64,000 bases of DNA from Octopus vulgaris. Its lineage: Eukaryota. The notes beneath the pieces were generated by a model. The model had not been told where the DNA came from and made no database searches. It was given only the letters and a program-made list of their open reading frames with translations. The stretch spans positions 27,094,001-27,158,000 of the forward strand of contig OX597827.1 in the NCBI GenBank assembly GCA_951406725.2. Direction: 5' to 3'. Position numbers and translations under genes: made by a program. Below, one piece after another: positions 30,182 through 44,083 of the stretch (position 1 is the first letter of the stretch; each line of letters begins with the position of its first letter).

Positions 30182-30440
30182 CCACGCGTGAACTCACCTG
30201 CAACGTGCACATTGTTTTGTGGTTAGTCTTCGTAACTGTTAGTCTTCAACTGTTGGCCTTGCGACAGAAATCCTCATTAACGTCATCAGCATCATCATCA
30301 TCATCACCATCGTTATCAACATCATTATTACAATTTCCATCGTTATTAAATTCTTCCTGCTTCGTAGATTTCGTGTTTTGTAAATTCCTTCATCCTTTAC
30401 CCTTGTGACTAATAAAGAAAACACCAACACAACAACAACA

Positions 30441-30524
<84 letters not shown>

Positions 30525-30674
30525 ACAGAGGAGAAGGTCGACACATTCCTGTACAGAGGCAGGTGAGCGACGGAGAATAGCAATTGGATGTGTCATTCGT
30601 CTAACACAGCTGTCCTCAATTCCGCTGATCTTTCTCTCGCATGTCTGTGTGTCCCTCACTCTGTCCCCTGTGTG

Positions 30675-30723
<49 letters not shown>

Positions 30724-30918
30724 TATGTTTGCGTGTAGTAATAGTTACGAGATTTTCGTAGTGAAGTAGTCGTAGGAGCTATAAGGCATTGTGTGTCTAT
30801 GTATGTGTGTATGTGTGTGTGTGTGTATACATCCACACATGTATTCATATATATTTTTTTTCACTCATTTATAGAAACATACATATACATGTTATAAGGA
30901 TAAATTTTATGCATGTGC

Positions 30919-30964
<46 letters not shown>

Positions 30965-31061
30965 TTGTATGTATGTATATATATATATGGGTGAGTGTGT
31001 GTATGCATACTTACTCACATATCGATTTGTGGATGTATGCATGTTTCTATAAGTGTGTATT

Positions 31062-31106
<45 letters not shown>

Positions 31107-31168
31107 TTACATACATACACACACGCGCACACATGCACATACTTACATACACACACAGACACACATAT

Positions 31169-31320
31169 ATAGGCACAGGAGCTGTGTAGTAAGAAGCTTG
31201 CTTTCCAACTCCATGGTTCCCATTACGTGGCACCTTGGGCAGGTGTCTTATACTATAGCCTCGGGCTGACAAAAGCCTTGTGAGAGAATTTGATAGATGG
31301 AAACTGAAAGAAGCCCGCCA
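31169..31320 (+). mobile_element. S2 SINE head only
   Basis: Matches 339-500. Confidence 0.8.
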
Positions 31321-31340
31321 CACACACACATATAAGAACG

Positions 31341-31413
<73 letters not shown>

Positions 31414-31756
31414 TGTTTCTTTATTAGCCACACAGGGCTGCACACAGATAGAACAAATTACAAGGTAGAGCTTTTCTTTTGGGGGTAAAAAAGGGGGGGG
31501 TTCGATCAAAAGGGATCGTAAAAGGAAAGAAAGAGGACAAAAAGGGGGGGGGGTTAAAAAAAAAGGGGGAGAGGAAAAAAATTGATCAATAGGGATCGTT
31601 ATCACAGAAATGTCAATATGAAGTGTAAAGGGTGAGGTTTACCCGTGGAAAGAAAAGCCTACGGAAAAGACCACGGTAACCTCGGACAATGAAGTCACAT
31701 GTTATATTTCTTTTTTTTTTTGCAAATAAGCAACTCTCTGTATTAATTTTTACGGT

Positions 31757-34700
31757 TCATAGAATCACAGTCAAGGTGGCTTCGTCATTCATACGTGCCA
31801 TCCTTGCTACATTCACCCATCTTTTTTTAAAACATTCAATAGACAAAACATGCCTCTCTACTCTCACTTTCCTCTTCAAGTGATACTTGAAGAAGTTGAT
31901 GAGAGATTGACCAGAGAGGAAAGTGTTTGTCTCTAATCCTTTCAGGCGCGTCCACCAGATACATTATTTCGCCATAGCCACAAGTATGATAAAAATAACT
32001 CTTCCTTCCCGTTTGAAGGAAGAAGGCGTGATGATATTAACGATAGACTCAGCTGATAAACCGACACGTCCCACACGTGACAGCAGTCGTTCGGCATAAG
32101 TCCACAGGTCGGAAATTGCTGGACACTGCACGATTGCGTGCAGAGCGGTTTCGTCGCTCTGCCCGCATCTCGGGCAGGTCGGCCCCGTGTTTCTCGAGCC
32201 ATGCCTATAGAGCTTATCCCGAACGGGTAGCGCTTCTCGGTAGCACCGCTAGGCCAGGGATCTCTGGAAGTTATCCATAGGTCCCGGGCCGAAAGTCGTT
32301 TGAAACAGGCGGGTCCGGTATTCCTCGTCGACGCCCAGGTTTGCCCCAAGATCGTCGTCGTACCTCCCCTCCACTAATCCCCTATAGAATGCTTTGGTTG
32401 TGTTGAAGTCACTCAAGGTCGACCCGGGACGGCAGAGTTGCTTGAGAGCAACGCGACACTCGCGGTGCCATTCGCCCTTCCTCGGCCTCTTTTTGATCCA
32501 CGACTGCAGTTCGGTCATGGAGACGAGCTGCGGGAAAGCGTGCCTCACAAACGGCGACCACACCTGTTCACCGTCGTCTACAAAGAGCCGGAGATGTCGC
32601 AGTCTCAGCGCGTGTCTGCGCATCATCAACCACGGCATGCCCAGCCCTCCTTTTAACGGGTGTTGACAGCAAATGGATCGCCTGACCATCGGGACGCATC
32701 CTTTCCACAAGAAGCAGAAGAGAATGCGTTCTAGTTTGATGATGGTAGGGTTCGGGACAAGGTACGACGGTCAGGCGGTAGTAGATGATGGACGCGATGT
32801 ACGCGTTCGCCACCTCCGCCCGAACTTTTAGGGACAGTTTCCTCTCGGCCCATTGCTGGGCGAGAGTGACCACCCTACTCGTTATCTCGTTTCAGTTCTT
32901 CTCCATTTGGAGGTCCGCACCGAACCAGACCCCGAGCAACTAAACCGGGCCGTCTGTCCAGCGTCCCACGAGGGAGGTACTGGTGGACGGCATGGGTTTG
33001 CTTCTCCAGGTGCCGAGCCGCAAGCCCACTGACTTTTCCCGGTTGATTTTTGCTCCTGTCACCGCTTCGTAGTCTTTCAGTGTCTCGCCGACCCGCTCGA
33101 TGTGCTCGTGGCTTGACACTATGACGGTGACGTCGTCCGCGTATGCAGACACGCTCGTCCCGCATCCCAATTCTCGCGGGATGCCCCTCAGAGTCGCCAG
33201 CTTCCGCAGTAGTGGCTCAAGAGTCAATACGTATAGAAGCCCCGAGAGGGGGCATCCCTGACGGACCGAACGTGCAATGTCGAAAGGTCTCGATAGATGT
33301 CCATTTACGCGAATTACCGAACGGATGCCTCTGTACAAGGCAGCTATCCAGCCGCGGAAGACGGGACCGAAACCAGCGCTCTGAGGACTGCCTCCAAGTA
33401 TCGATGGTCTACCCTATCGAAGGCTTTCGATTGATCCAAGTTGATCAGGGCCCCACCCATGCCAGGTTCGTTAACTACCCTGTCTATGATGTAGTGCATC
33501 AGATGGAGGTTGTCATGGATGCTCCGGCCCGGCACGGCACACGTTTGTGCGTTGTCGACCAGTTTCTCGATGACAAGCGCCAACCTCTTGGCTAACACCT
33601 TGGTCAACATTTTCAGGTCTGCATTGAGCAGAGTGATTGGTCTAAAGTTATCTATAATGTTCCCCTTGTTTGGATCTTTCTTCAGCAGTGTTACAGCTCC
33701 TCGACTCACAAAACCGGGTATGCTCCCGTTTTGCTGCCAGTTGCAGTATACCGCTGCCAAGACGTCTCCAAACAAGTCTGGCATACAATTGTAAAACTCG
33801 TAGGGCAGACCATCCAAACCCGGCGATTTGTCTCTCGAGCATTCTGCCATCGCGTCCTGTACATCCGCCGCCGTGATGGCACCTTCGCAGCACTCTGCCT
33901 CTCTTGCCGAGAGTCGTGGTAGGCTGTGCAGGTAGGCACTGAAGTCCACCCTGCGTTCACGCTCCCCACTCGTCCCGTACAGTCGGGCAAAGTGCCGCTG
34001 AAATGTCTCGCACATCTTGCTGGGCTCGAGCAATTCGCGCCCCTGTTCATCTACCAGAGACCGAATGGTGGCTTTGTTGCCCTGCTGCGCCTTCGCCACC
34101 CGGGCGTCCCTCGCGGCTCAAACACCTTCCATCCTTAGAGCCCGCATCCTAGCCCTGACAGCACACCCTTCGTGTTTGGCGTTGAAGTGTTGGTCAAGGG
34201 CCAACCTTGCTGCCAAAAACGTCGGGTGTGATGCCGCTTCTTATTGCCTCTTCTAACTTCTTAACTAACTCACCCTCTACTCTATTTCTATCTACGGCTA
34301 GTGCCTTGCTATATCTTATTGCTTCCGCTTTTACTGCTCTCTTGAGGGCGAACCACCATTTGTTGTTGACAATGGCTCCCGTTAAAGCCCTTTTTACTAA
34401 CGTGTTGATTCTGTCTCTGAAAACTTGTCTGTACGGGAATGATGCATTCAGTTTCCAGTACCCAGGACCCTGTCTATGTGCCTTATCTAAGTCTAGCGTA
34501 CACGTCACGAATTTGTGATCCGTGTAGCTGACTGTATGGAATTGTGGGCATCCTAAGTTATCCTTGTCTACTGTCCTACACAGTATCCTATCTAGATACG
34601 ATCTCGACGACCCACTGCGATTGCTCCTTGTCCACTTTGGTGCATTTGGGTGGTCGAGTCGGTACCTGTCAGACAGTTGGAATCGTCTGAGCAGGTCTCT

Positions 34701-35183
34701 GAGGCATTTGCATCCCCTTCTGTTTTTGTCTCTCCCCACATAGTCTAGATGCGTGTCCAAGGTAGCATTCCAATCCCCCACTAAAAGTAAAGGACGAGAC
34801 GTTCCCAGGAATACTTCTAGACGTCGAAAGAAATCCGGCCGACCTGTTAAAGGCGGTGCGTAGACTGATACGAGTCGAAAAGCGCACCCATTGCTGCCGT
34901 CGACATCCAGAACGACCAGTCTACCCTCCGGGTCTACGAATATCATCTTGACTTCGAGATCCAGGCTCTTGTGAAAAAGTACCGTGGTGCCACTACCGCC
35001 CATCCTCGGCAGACAGGGAGCAAAATAAATGTTAAACTGTCCGCCAAACATGGACTTTAGGGCCCGTGGCTCGTGGAGTCTGGTCTCACTTATGGCTATG
35101 ATTCCCAAATCGTGTGACTTTATGTCCTTGTTTCCAAGGAGACCCCAAGCCACGCGCATTCACACAACCAATCTTGACCACGA
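31757..35183 (-). pseudogene. LINE ORF2 (APE endonuclease, reverse transcriptase, C-terminal zinc finger), multiply frameshifted
   Basis: IGCVNARG, ISET, VYAP, VGDWN, SYLDRI and TDH (APE). SPGLDGLP, FRPITLLNAD, LDQSKAFDRV, VRQGCPLS and AYADD (RT). CPRC...H...C near 32100-32175. At least five frame breaks. Confidence 0.92.
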
Positions 35184-35231
35184 TTCTATTGGTGTGTGTG
35201 CTTTAAAACACAAAAAGGAAAGTACAGAGAG

Positions 35232-37268
35232 TTACTTACTTGTGTCGAAAGTTTTGGCTTCCTCGTTCTTTGATGTGTCTTGGAGGAGGTTTTTATAAAG
35301 TTTTTGTGATAGGTATTTTTGGAACCTCCCAACAGCATTTGGAAAGAGAGCTTTGAGTATGTGGTGTTCTGTCTGTGTGATGTGTAGTATTTTGATGTAT
35401 TTGGGTGGTGTAGTGCGTGGATGGTTGTTAGTTTTGAAGTCATCTTCACAGATGTTTGTGTGGGCTGTGATGTACTCCATTAGTTTGGAGTCTTTGGTGT
35501 CTATCGCTGATAGCATTTGTGTGTTTTTGTGGTGTTGGTGCTTGTTTGGTTGTGTATGGAGCTTTCAGGGTTCAGGTATCTCCCTGCTTTGGTTGCGTTT
35601 TCTTTGGGGTTTTTTTGGTCTTTTCCTTTTACCCCCTGTGGCTATTTGCCATTCCGTCGAACTTACGTCGTTGGACGACGAGTCCGAATCAGAAGAGGGT
35701 AAAGGCAAAGCGTTTGGATCTATATGTGTGTTTGTAGAAGGTGTTGTTGTTTTGTGTGGTGTTTGTGTTGTTGTGGTATTAGGGGCAGAATTTGTCTTTT
35801 CGTCATTGTTATTTGTTTTTTTGGTTGTTGTTCTTGGTGCTGGTGTTGGTGTTGGTCTGTCTTTTGATGTTGGTGGTGATGTTGCTTCTTTTGTTGGTTG
35901 CGATGTCGGAGGTAATTCTCTTCTTGGTGATGTGGTTGGTGAGGGGGAAACAGTTTTTGTATCGTCCGCTGTTTTTCCTTTCTTTTGGGTTGAAGGTGGT
36001 GTGGGTAGCAGGGGTTTCCTTCCAGGTTTGGGGAGTGGTTGCTGTTGCCTATTTCTGACAGCAGTTGGGCACTCGTATCTAAGATGTGCCTCACTGTTGC
36101 ATAAATAGCATCTTGGTCTCCTGCCCTCCACCACTACATACAATTTTTGGTCTTTTGCCAGTTGAACACAGGCTGGTAAATTGTTTATTGCTTCTTGGGA
36201 GATTTGAAGCAATATTTCGAGTTTTTTACCAGTCCAGCTTTCCTCTGGAATGTCAGCTGTTTCTAAAATATCTGCTTCTTCTATATCGAAGCAGATGGCC
36301 GATACCAGCCACTGGGTATTCACCATTGGCGGCACATTATTTATTGTAACTTTCGTAATTCTGCGCCCAAGGTAGCTAGGTACCATTGTTACCTGGTCTG
36401 TGCGCAGAGTAAGGGTTGAAAACCTTTTTGCTAGTTCTTCCGTATGGAAGCGAACTTGCACGGTAGCAAATTTACTTCCCCAATTCACATAATTTCGGAA
36501 TTTCCACACGGAAGAGAGGCACTTTTCAATTTTTTCTTTAGGTAGGCTTTCTGGTCTTTTTGTTTTGGTGTTGAGTATTCTTTAAATGATGGTCTTCTTT
36601 TGTGTTTCTTCTATGATGTTCCGTGGAATATTTAAATGCATTGTGTCGCCTTCTTTGGTGAGCAAGGACTTTGTGTCTTGTATTTGTTGGTGAGTAAATT
36701 TAAGGATTCTTCTTTTCGGTCGTATGGCTTCCGCGAAATTGTTTTTTGTGGAGGTGGTGGTGGTGGTGGTGGTGGTGGTGGTGGTGGTGGTGATGTTTGT
36801 GGCAGAGGCGTTCGTAGTAGTAGTAAACTGTGAAGTCGGGTTGTTTACCAGTTTTTGAGTGGAGGTCGCGATGTTAGCGTTCACGCTCACATTTGCGTTC
36901 GTGTTGTTTTCCCCCATTTCCCCTGCTTTATGAAATTGTGGTAAAAGCAGTATGGGGAACTCAACGTCATAAGCGTTGTCAAGGAGGGTGTCGGTGACAG
37001 GGATTGGCCTTGCGATCTTGGTTTTGTTGTTGTTGGTAGAGGAAGCAGTTGTCGTAGCAGAAGCTGCTATGGTGGTGGTGTCGGTGTTGATGGTGGTGAC
37101 GGTGCTTGGCCTTACGACCTTTGTTTTGTAGTTGTTGCTGCTGTCGATGCTGATGGTGGTGGTGGTGGTGGTGTTGTCAGGTTCAGCGTATGCTAACAGG
37201 GCATCCTGCTTTTTTGTCTCTGCGTCACGCTTGACTTGCACCTCAGCCTCGTGGTGACCAGTGGCCAT
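35232..37268 (-). pseudogene. LINE ORF1 (gag-like, CCHC knuckle) with two in-frame stops
   Basis: ORFs 36582-37268, 35565-36509 and 35232-35516 share one frame. Contains the RCYLCNSEAHLRYEC knuckle and Thr/Pro-rich low-complexity regions. Confidence 0.8.
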
Positions 37269-37490
37269 TTTTGAAAATAAAATGGCTAAATGAAACCACG
37301 AAGGCTATGAGAATTTTTTTTTTTAATTTTGCCCACAAGGGGCGAAAATTTTGTGTAGATATTTATCAAAGGTTTGCAGTGGATGTTGTTGCACAACTTT
37401 TAAACACAAAATATTTGTCAATATACACTTTTGAACGTACAAAATTACCAACTTACGTGGAGCCCATTTGACTTGCGTCTGTTTGTCCAG

Positions 37491-37585
<95 letters not shown>

Positions 37586-38026
37586 CATACAGGTAGATAG
37601 ATAGACAGACAGACAGACAGATAGGTAGATAGATAGATAGATCGTCAAACAGATAAACAGACAGAAATAGATGGATATGTAGATAGATAGAATCTGAGTG
37701 TGTGTGTGGTGGGGAAAGTGAGAGGGAATGTTCGTATGGTAGTGGTTTAGTAGGTTAGTGTATACTTCTGTGTGTTGGATTAGAGAATTTCAATGATGGA
37801 ATACAAGTGTTTGGACGATAGTGTGTGTGTGTGTGTGTGTGCGTATGCGAATGTGTGTGTGTGTTGCATTCCTGCTTCTGGCGTCTTATTCTATGCATAT
37901 GTGAGTGGAATGGAGCATGTGTACCTGTATAAAAGATATGTTTTCTAACTTCCGTTGATAGGATCTCACTCTATAATTATCTGAGACGTTGCAGAAGACG
38001 GGGAAACAAAAAACTAATGCCTTCAG

Positions 38027-38059
<33 letters not shown>

Positions 38060-38291
38060 AGAAAACACACACACATGGACACATACACTCATGGACATAT
38101 ACACACATGCACATACGAAAGAGTCCGCGTTCTCACAAGTATACATACGGATATATATGAAGTGTTACGCACATGTATGTACATATGTACGTATGTATGT
38201 ATGTATGTACATATGTACGTATGTATGTATGTATGTATGTATGTATGTATGTATGTATGTATGTATGTATGCATGCATGTATGTATGTATG

Positions 38292-38324
<33 letters not shown>

Positions 38325-38816
38325 GTGTATGTATGTATGTACGTATGTATGAATGTATCAGGCTGAGCGAACCTGATATATATATGCATATATGCATGTA
38401 TGCATGCATACATACATACCTCTAATATAATAAATGCGAAAACTAATTCGTGTGTGTCAGTGTGTCACACTTAGACCTCGTCTCTCACTATTCAATGACA
38501 CTGCTACTATTCTTCATGATGGGGTGAGAGTAGTAGTAGGCATAGAGGGTGGTGGCGAAGACAGAGAGAGAGAAAGAAAGAAAAAGAGAAAGAGAGACAG
38601 AGAAATTTAGGGAGAGTTGATGTTTTATTAAAAATAGTGTTGATGGTGGTGGCCGTGAGAGGAATAATAAAAGAGAGAGAAAGAGTGGGTGTGTGAGAGA
38701 AAGAAGGAGATTATGTACAACCGTGTTTAAGCATGTCTCTTTCACAGAAATTCTTGTCGCCAACATACTGAACACTATCATTTTTGTTTTATATTTTGCT
38801 TACTTTAATACAAACA

Positions 38817-38858
<42 letters not shown>

Positions 38859-38929
38859 CATACGTATTCATATATATATATATAAAATACACTTGAATTG
38901 AAATTAAGTTTCCCCAAAATTAAACATGC

Positions 38930-39283
38930 CATATCCCAATATATCGTACCATTTTGGAATCAGGCTGACTCCATGAGTGAATTAAAAACATTCTGAGCCG
39001 AATCTGGACCCACAATCCTGAAATTTCGGATTCCCAAGTTTTCATTACTCTGATTGTTTTCGGCAATTCTTTTACGTGATGTTTTGTGACAAAATTTTTT
39101 GTGCGATAACAATTTTTGTAACCTAAGGGCTAACACTGTGAGTAAATGAAAAGCATTCTGGGCCGAATCCAGACCTGCAATTCTGAAATTTTGGATTCCT
39201 ATGTTTTCATTATTGCCATTGTTTACGGCGACTTTTTTTCATGAATTTTTTTTTGCGACGAATATGATCATGATTGGGATATG
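38930..39283. mobile_element. possible MITE: 11-bp inverted ends enclosing two diverged ~165-bp direct repeats
   Basis: CATATCCCAAT (38930-38940) and ATTGGGATATG (39273-39283). Repeat units start near 38974 and 39139. Confidence 0.45.
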
Positions 39284-40020
39284 ATTCTGGAGGAAGCAAT
39301 TGCCATAAATTCTCCAAAAGAAGTCAAAGGTCTGTTTGCAGACCTTCCCATCCAGGGTCGGTCACTTAAAAGCTATATACTAGTTTAAATGCCACACATA
39401 CATACATACATACATACATACATACATACATACATACATACATACATACATACATACATACATACATACGAGCATCGGACGAAATACGTTGCCCTATTGA
39501 TTCCGGCTCTTTCTATTCTGAGATCAAATCCCGCTGAGATTAAATTAGCTTTCCATTTTCCCACAGCCGACAAAGTACCAGTGAAATACTGGGTCGATTC
39601 ATCTCCAACACCCACCCGCCACCTCTGTCTCTAATTTTGCCCATTGTACCATGGGAATGGTTGTTGGAGCCACCAGTACCATTCCGTCCGCAACGTAAGA
39701 TAATATTGTCTTCGAGAGTGATTCAGGAATTACACAAACTGCTGCTATCCTGCTCAACAGTCATATTCAATGCAATCATTGCATACAGCGGTAACGTGCG
39801 ATCGAACCAACAACAGCAACCTTTATGTCAAGAGTACGCGTGTCTATTTGTATCAGATGTATTGCAATTGGACAAAGGTTAACATTTGCTCAGCCGCGAG
39901 GAAACCCAACTGACGAGAAGTTCTAATCCTTGCCACCTGTCAAAAACTCAGCATCTCGACAACAATCCTTACATGTCAGTATTGCTTAGTGATTGGTGTC
40001 CTCATCTCTCTCTCTATCTA

Positions 40021-40051
<31 letters not shown>

Positions 40052-40117
40052 TATACTTTTTACACTTTCGACACACTATCTTCTTGCTTTATCTATCTAA
40101 CTATCTATCTATCAATA

Positions 40118-40168
<51 letters not shown>

Positions 40169-40400
40169 ATATCTATCTATATATCTATCTATCTATCAAT
40201 CTATCTATCCCTCTGTCTGTCTATCTACCTACCTACCTACCTACCTACCTATTTACCTACCTACCTATCTGACTGTCTGTATGTACGTATGTCTGTCGTC
40301 TATTTCTCTATCTAGTTGTCTGTCTATCAGTCTATCTGTCTAACGGCATATCTGTCTATCTGCCTGCCTGTTTCTCAGTTTAATTATTCAACTAACTATT

Positions 40401-40438
<38 letters not shown>

Positions 40439-40484
40439 TCAGTTTCTCTTTTTACATATATTTATGGGTGCGTGTGTGCATCAG

Positions 40485-40532
<48 letters not shown>

Positions 40533-40592
40533 TATACATACACACACATTCACCTAGATTGAGAAAGAACGGTAAAGAAAGTGAAACACGCC

Positions 40593-40616
40593 ACTTACTA
40601 TTGCCGCCGCCATCTT
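40593..40616 (-). promoter_or_regulatory. YY1-type motif AAGATGGCGGC followed by a consensus splice donor GTAAGT
   Basis: The minus strand reads AAGATGGCGGCGGCAATA|GTAAGT in non-repetitive sequence. Confidence 0.35.
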
Positions 40617-41163
40617 AGAAGAATTTCATCAAAATCCTGCCAGAACTCCAGTCATAACCTTCCACTCTCTATCTCTCTCTCTCTCTCTCTCTCGCTCTCT
40701 CTCTCCCTCTACCTCTATGTATCTGTTACTCTCTCCTCACCACCTCCTCTCTATTACCATGTACAGAACATAAATCAATCACAGATGCTGATCTAAGACG
40801 AGACCTTTATTATCCTCGATTCTCTTTAGAGCATGAACAGGTCATTGGTAGCGTCTGGTGGGAGTCTTTTTAAGATTATGTTAACCTCTCGCTGTATCTA
40901 TGCGCGCGCGCGTGTGCGAGAGAGAGAGAGAGAGACTGACGATGTCTATGGCAATATATCGTCATACAGACACACATGCACATCCGCATATATATACATA
41001 TATATATATGTATGTGTCTATATATATATACATATATATATATGTATGTGTTTATGTGTGTGTGTATGTATGTGTTTGTAACATACACACATTTGGGTGC
41101 TTGCAATCACACAAAAATGCATGTTCTACATATGTATATATGTGTGTGTGTGTGTGTGTGTAT

Positions 41164-41194
<31 letters not shown>

Positions 41195-41264
41195 TTTAAG
41201 TATCCACATATACACACATACATATATACATACGTATACATACATACCTACACACACAACCCCC

Positions 41265-41304
<40 letters not shown>

Positions 41305-41738
41305 CATACAGACACACAAGCGCGCTCACACCCACACAGACACCAGGACTCTTCCACCAAATATATATATATATATATCCACCAACCCCTACAAACAAAT
41401 GGTAATCTTTTCAAATGTCACGTTCCGATTTTTTTTTTGTACATTATTTTCTTTATTTTTATCTTAGTTCCTTCTATCAGCCATTGATCATCGACTTGCA
41501 CCCCTCTCTCCCTCCGCACTACATCATAACTTACGATCCACCCAGCACGTACCATTTTCCTCATACCCTTATTCCATCTCCAAGACCACCACCACCGACA
41601 ATTGCCTCGCGGCACTTCCTCCTGTTTCTATTCCAAGTCATTCCACGGGAAGCATCGAAGTCACAAATGAACGATTACAAGAAACAGACCACGAAAATAA
41701 TATAAATATTTACTTTATAGTCGTTGTTGCTGTTATTA

Positions 41739-41818
<80 letters not shown>

Positions 41819-42540
41819 TTGAGAATCCATCATTATTATTATTATTGTTGTTGCTGCTGTTGTTGTTAAGGTGGCGAGCTGGCAGAATTGTCAGCGCACC
41901 AGACAAAATGCTTTTGCGATATTTCGCTTGTTTTCAATTTCTGAGTTCGAATTCTGCCGAGGTTGACTGGTTTCATTCTTTTTATAACTACTACTACTAC
42001 AACTGCTGCTGTTACTACTACCACTACTACTACTATTAATAAACTAATGTTCACAACATGGTGTTCCTCAATGTCAAATCCCTGGAGAAATAGATGAAAG
42101 CCACATAAGCAAATATAAACATTCACACATACAAGCCATAACAGAAACACTAACTTCGGTATCTTCTTTACGTGCGTGCTTATCTCCCCTGTCATCCAGT
42201 ACCCTCTCGCTCTTTATATATATAGAGCATATATTTGTGTATGTATGTGTGCGTGTATACATATACATATTTAGACACACACACACCAACAACCATACAA
42301 CCACTCTGATTTTGTAACTGAACACCTCTACATGCATACATTTACACATCACAAAATCACACACACACACGCATACACACACATACACACATATTAACAA
42401 ACTCTTGTTTCTTCTTCTATTCCCATATTTCTAGCTGAAAACCATATTCCTACCTGGCCCCTAAACCCGCACCCGTTTTTCATCTTTTCGTTGCAACCAC
42501 TTTTCGTCTTTGACGTCTCCCTTTTATTTTTTTCTCCTAA

Positions 42541-42581
42541 TTTTATTTTACGATGAAAGACTACAGTCCGAAACGTTAAAT
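42541..42581 (+). ncRNA. degenerate minimal hammerhead-like motif (HE)
   Basis: TTTT-ACGATGA-AA-GAC(TACA)GTC-C-GAAAC-GTT-AAAT. The 5' core box is altered. Confidence 0.4.
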
Positions 42582-43098
42582 AGTTTTCCTCCCTTTTTAA
42601 GTGTTAAAATAATACAATATTTGTCAAAACTATCCTCCTGCATTCTTTTTCCTATTTTATGTTCATTGCCTTCACAATACATGCATATATACATGTGTAT
42701 GTGCTTGTGTGTGTATATGTATATGCGTGTATATATAAAATATACGTTACAGATATGTGTGCATGTGTGTATGTGTATGTATGTACATAAGTATGCATGC
42801 ATATTTAGGATGAAAGTTAGTTCCACATGGCTGACAAATTACATTTTCAAAAATGAAAGGACGTATTTCATTTTGATACCAATGATGTGTTGTGGCATAA
42901 AATTACCAAAACACTCATAATTAGTTTTAATTAGATACTTAATTAACAACCACGATATAAATCATCCCAACTTGCAACATTAACTTAGGAATTATATTTA
43001 ACTGAGATGGAAAGCTAAAACAGTAATGCGTTATATAAACGTACATTCACACACACATTCACACACACTCAAACACACAAACATGCAAATTCATATAT

Positions 43099-43143
<45 letters not shown>

Positions 43144-43453
43144 AAGATGCTCAGGCACCCCGTCCCCCATATTTCTGTTTATTTTCCTTCACTTGTTTTA
43201 GTCACTAGAATGAGGCCATGCTAGAGCACTACTTTTGAAGTGTTTAGTCAACCGCATCGACCTCTATACATACATTTATATAGACTGGTACTTTATCGGT
43301 ATCTCTCTCGCCGAGCCGCTAATTCACGGTAACAAAAACATGCCAACACCGGTTGTTAGCTGGAGACGAGCACAAATATACGAACATGTATGAGTATATA
43401 AATACATATATGTGCATATATATATATATATATATATATGTATATCGTGTATA

Positions 43454-43537
<84 letters not shown>

Positions 43538-43643
43538 TGCATATATATATATGCATATATATATATATATATAAATATGTGTGTGTGTGTGTGTGTGTGT
43601 GTTCGTGTATGTCTATGTCTATACACATGTGCATGTATATATA

Positions 43644-43683
<40 letters not shown>

Positions 43684-43740
43684 TACAAGGCAATAATATT
43701 ATTTTCCAACGTTACAAAGCAACGTAAAGGTAGAATTATA

Positions 43741-44083
43741 TATAGGAAATGGTGGTACAACAAGGTACCAATTTTTGCTGGAAATAGCAGTCGAGGAACA
43801 TTCGACGCTGAATGTATAGAAATAAAGATATGTGCGGGCGGCGAATATAAAAAAAATTATCGTCTTATCTTAGGAGAGAACGCCAGAGAAATGGACAAAC
43901 TAGTGCTCGGGTTTCGAACTTATCGAAATACGTTTGTTATCATAAGACTGATTGGTTCTCGTCAGCTAGGTTTACCGAATAAATTATATCTGTCTCTATA
44001 CATTCAGTGAAGCTTTACCTAGTGTCGAACGGTTATCGACTGTTATTTCCAGCTAAGATTAATACCTTGTCGTGCCACTATTT

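Larger units (their letters stand above)
31413..37490 (-). mobile_element. full-length Tx1/L1-clade LINE inserted in (GATA)n
   Basis: 5'UTR, ORF1, ORF2 (APE-RT-zinc finger) and a pyrimidine-rich 3'UTR ending AATAAAGAAAC. (GATA)n lies immediately on both sides (31340-31412 and 37491-37585). Confidence 0.93.
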
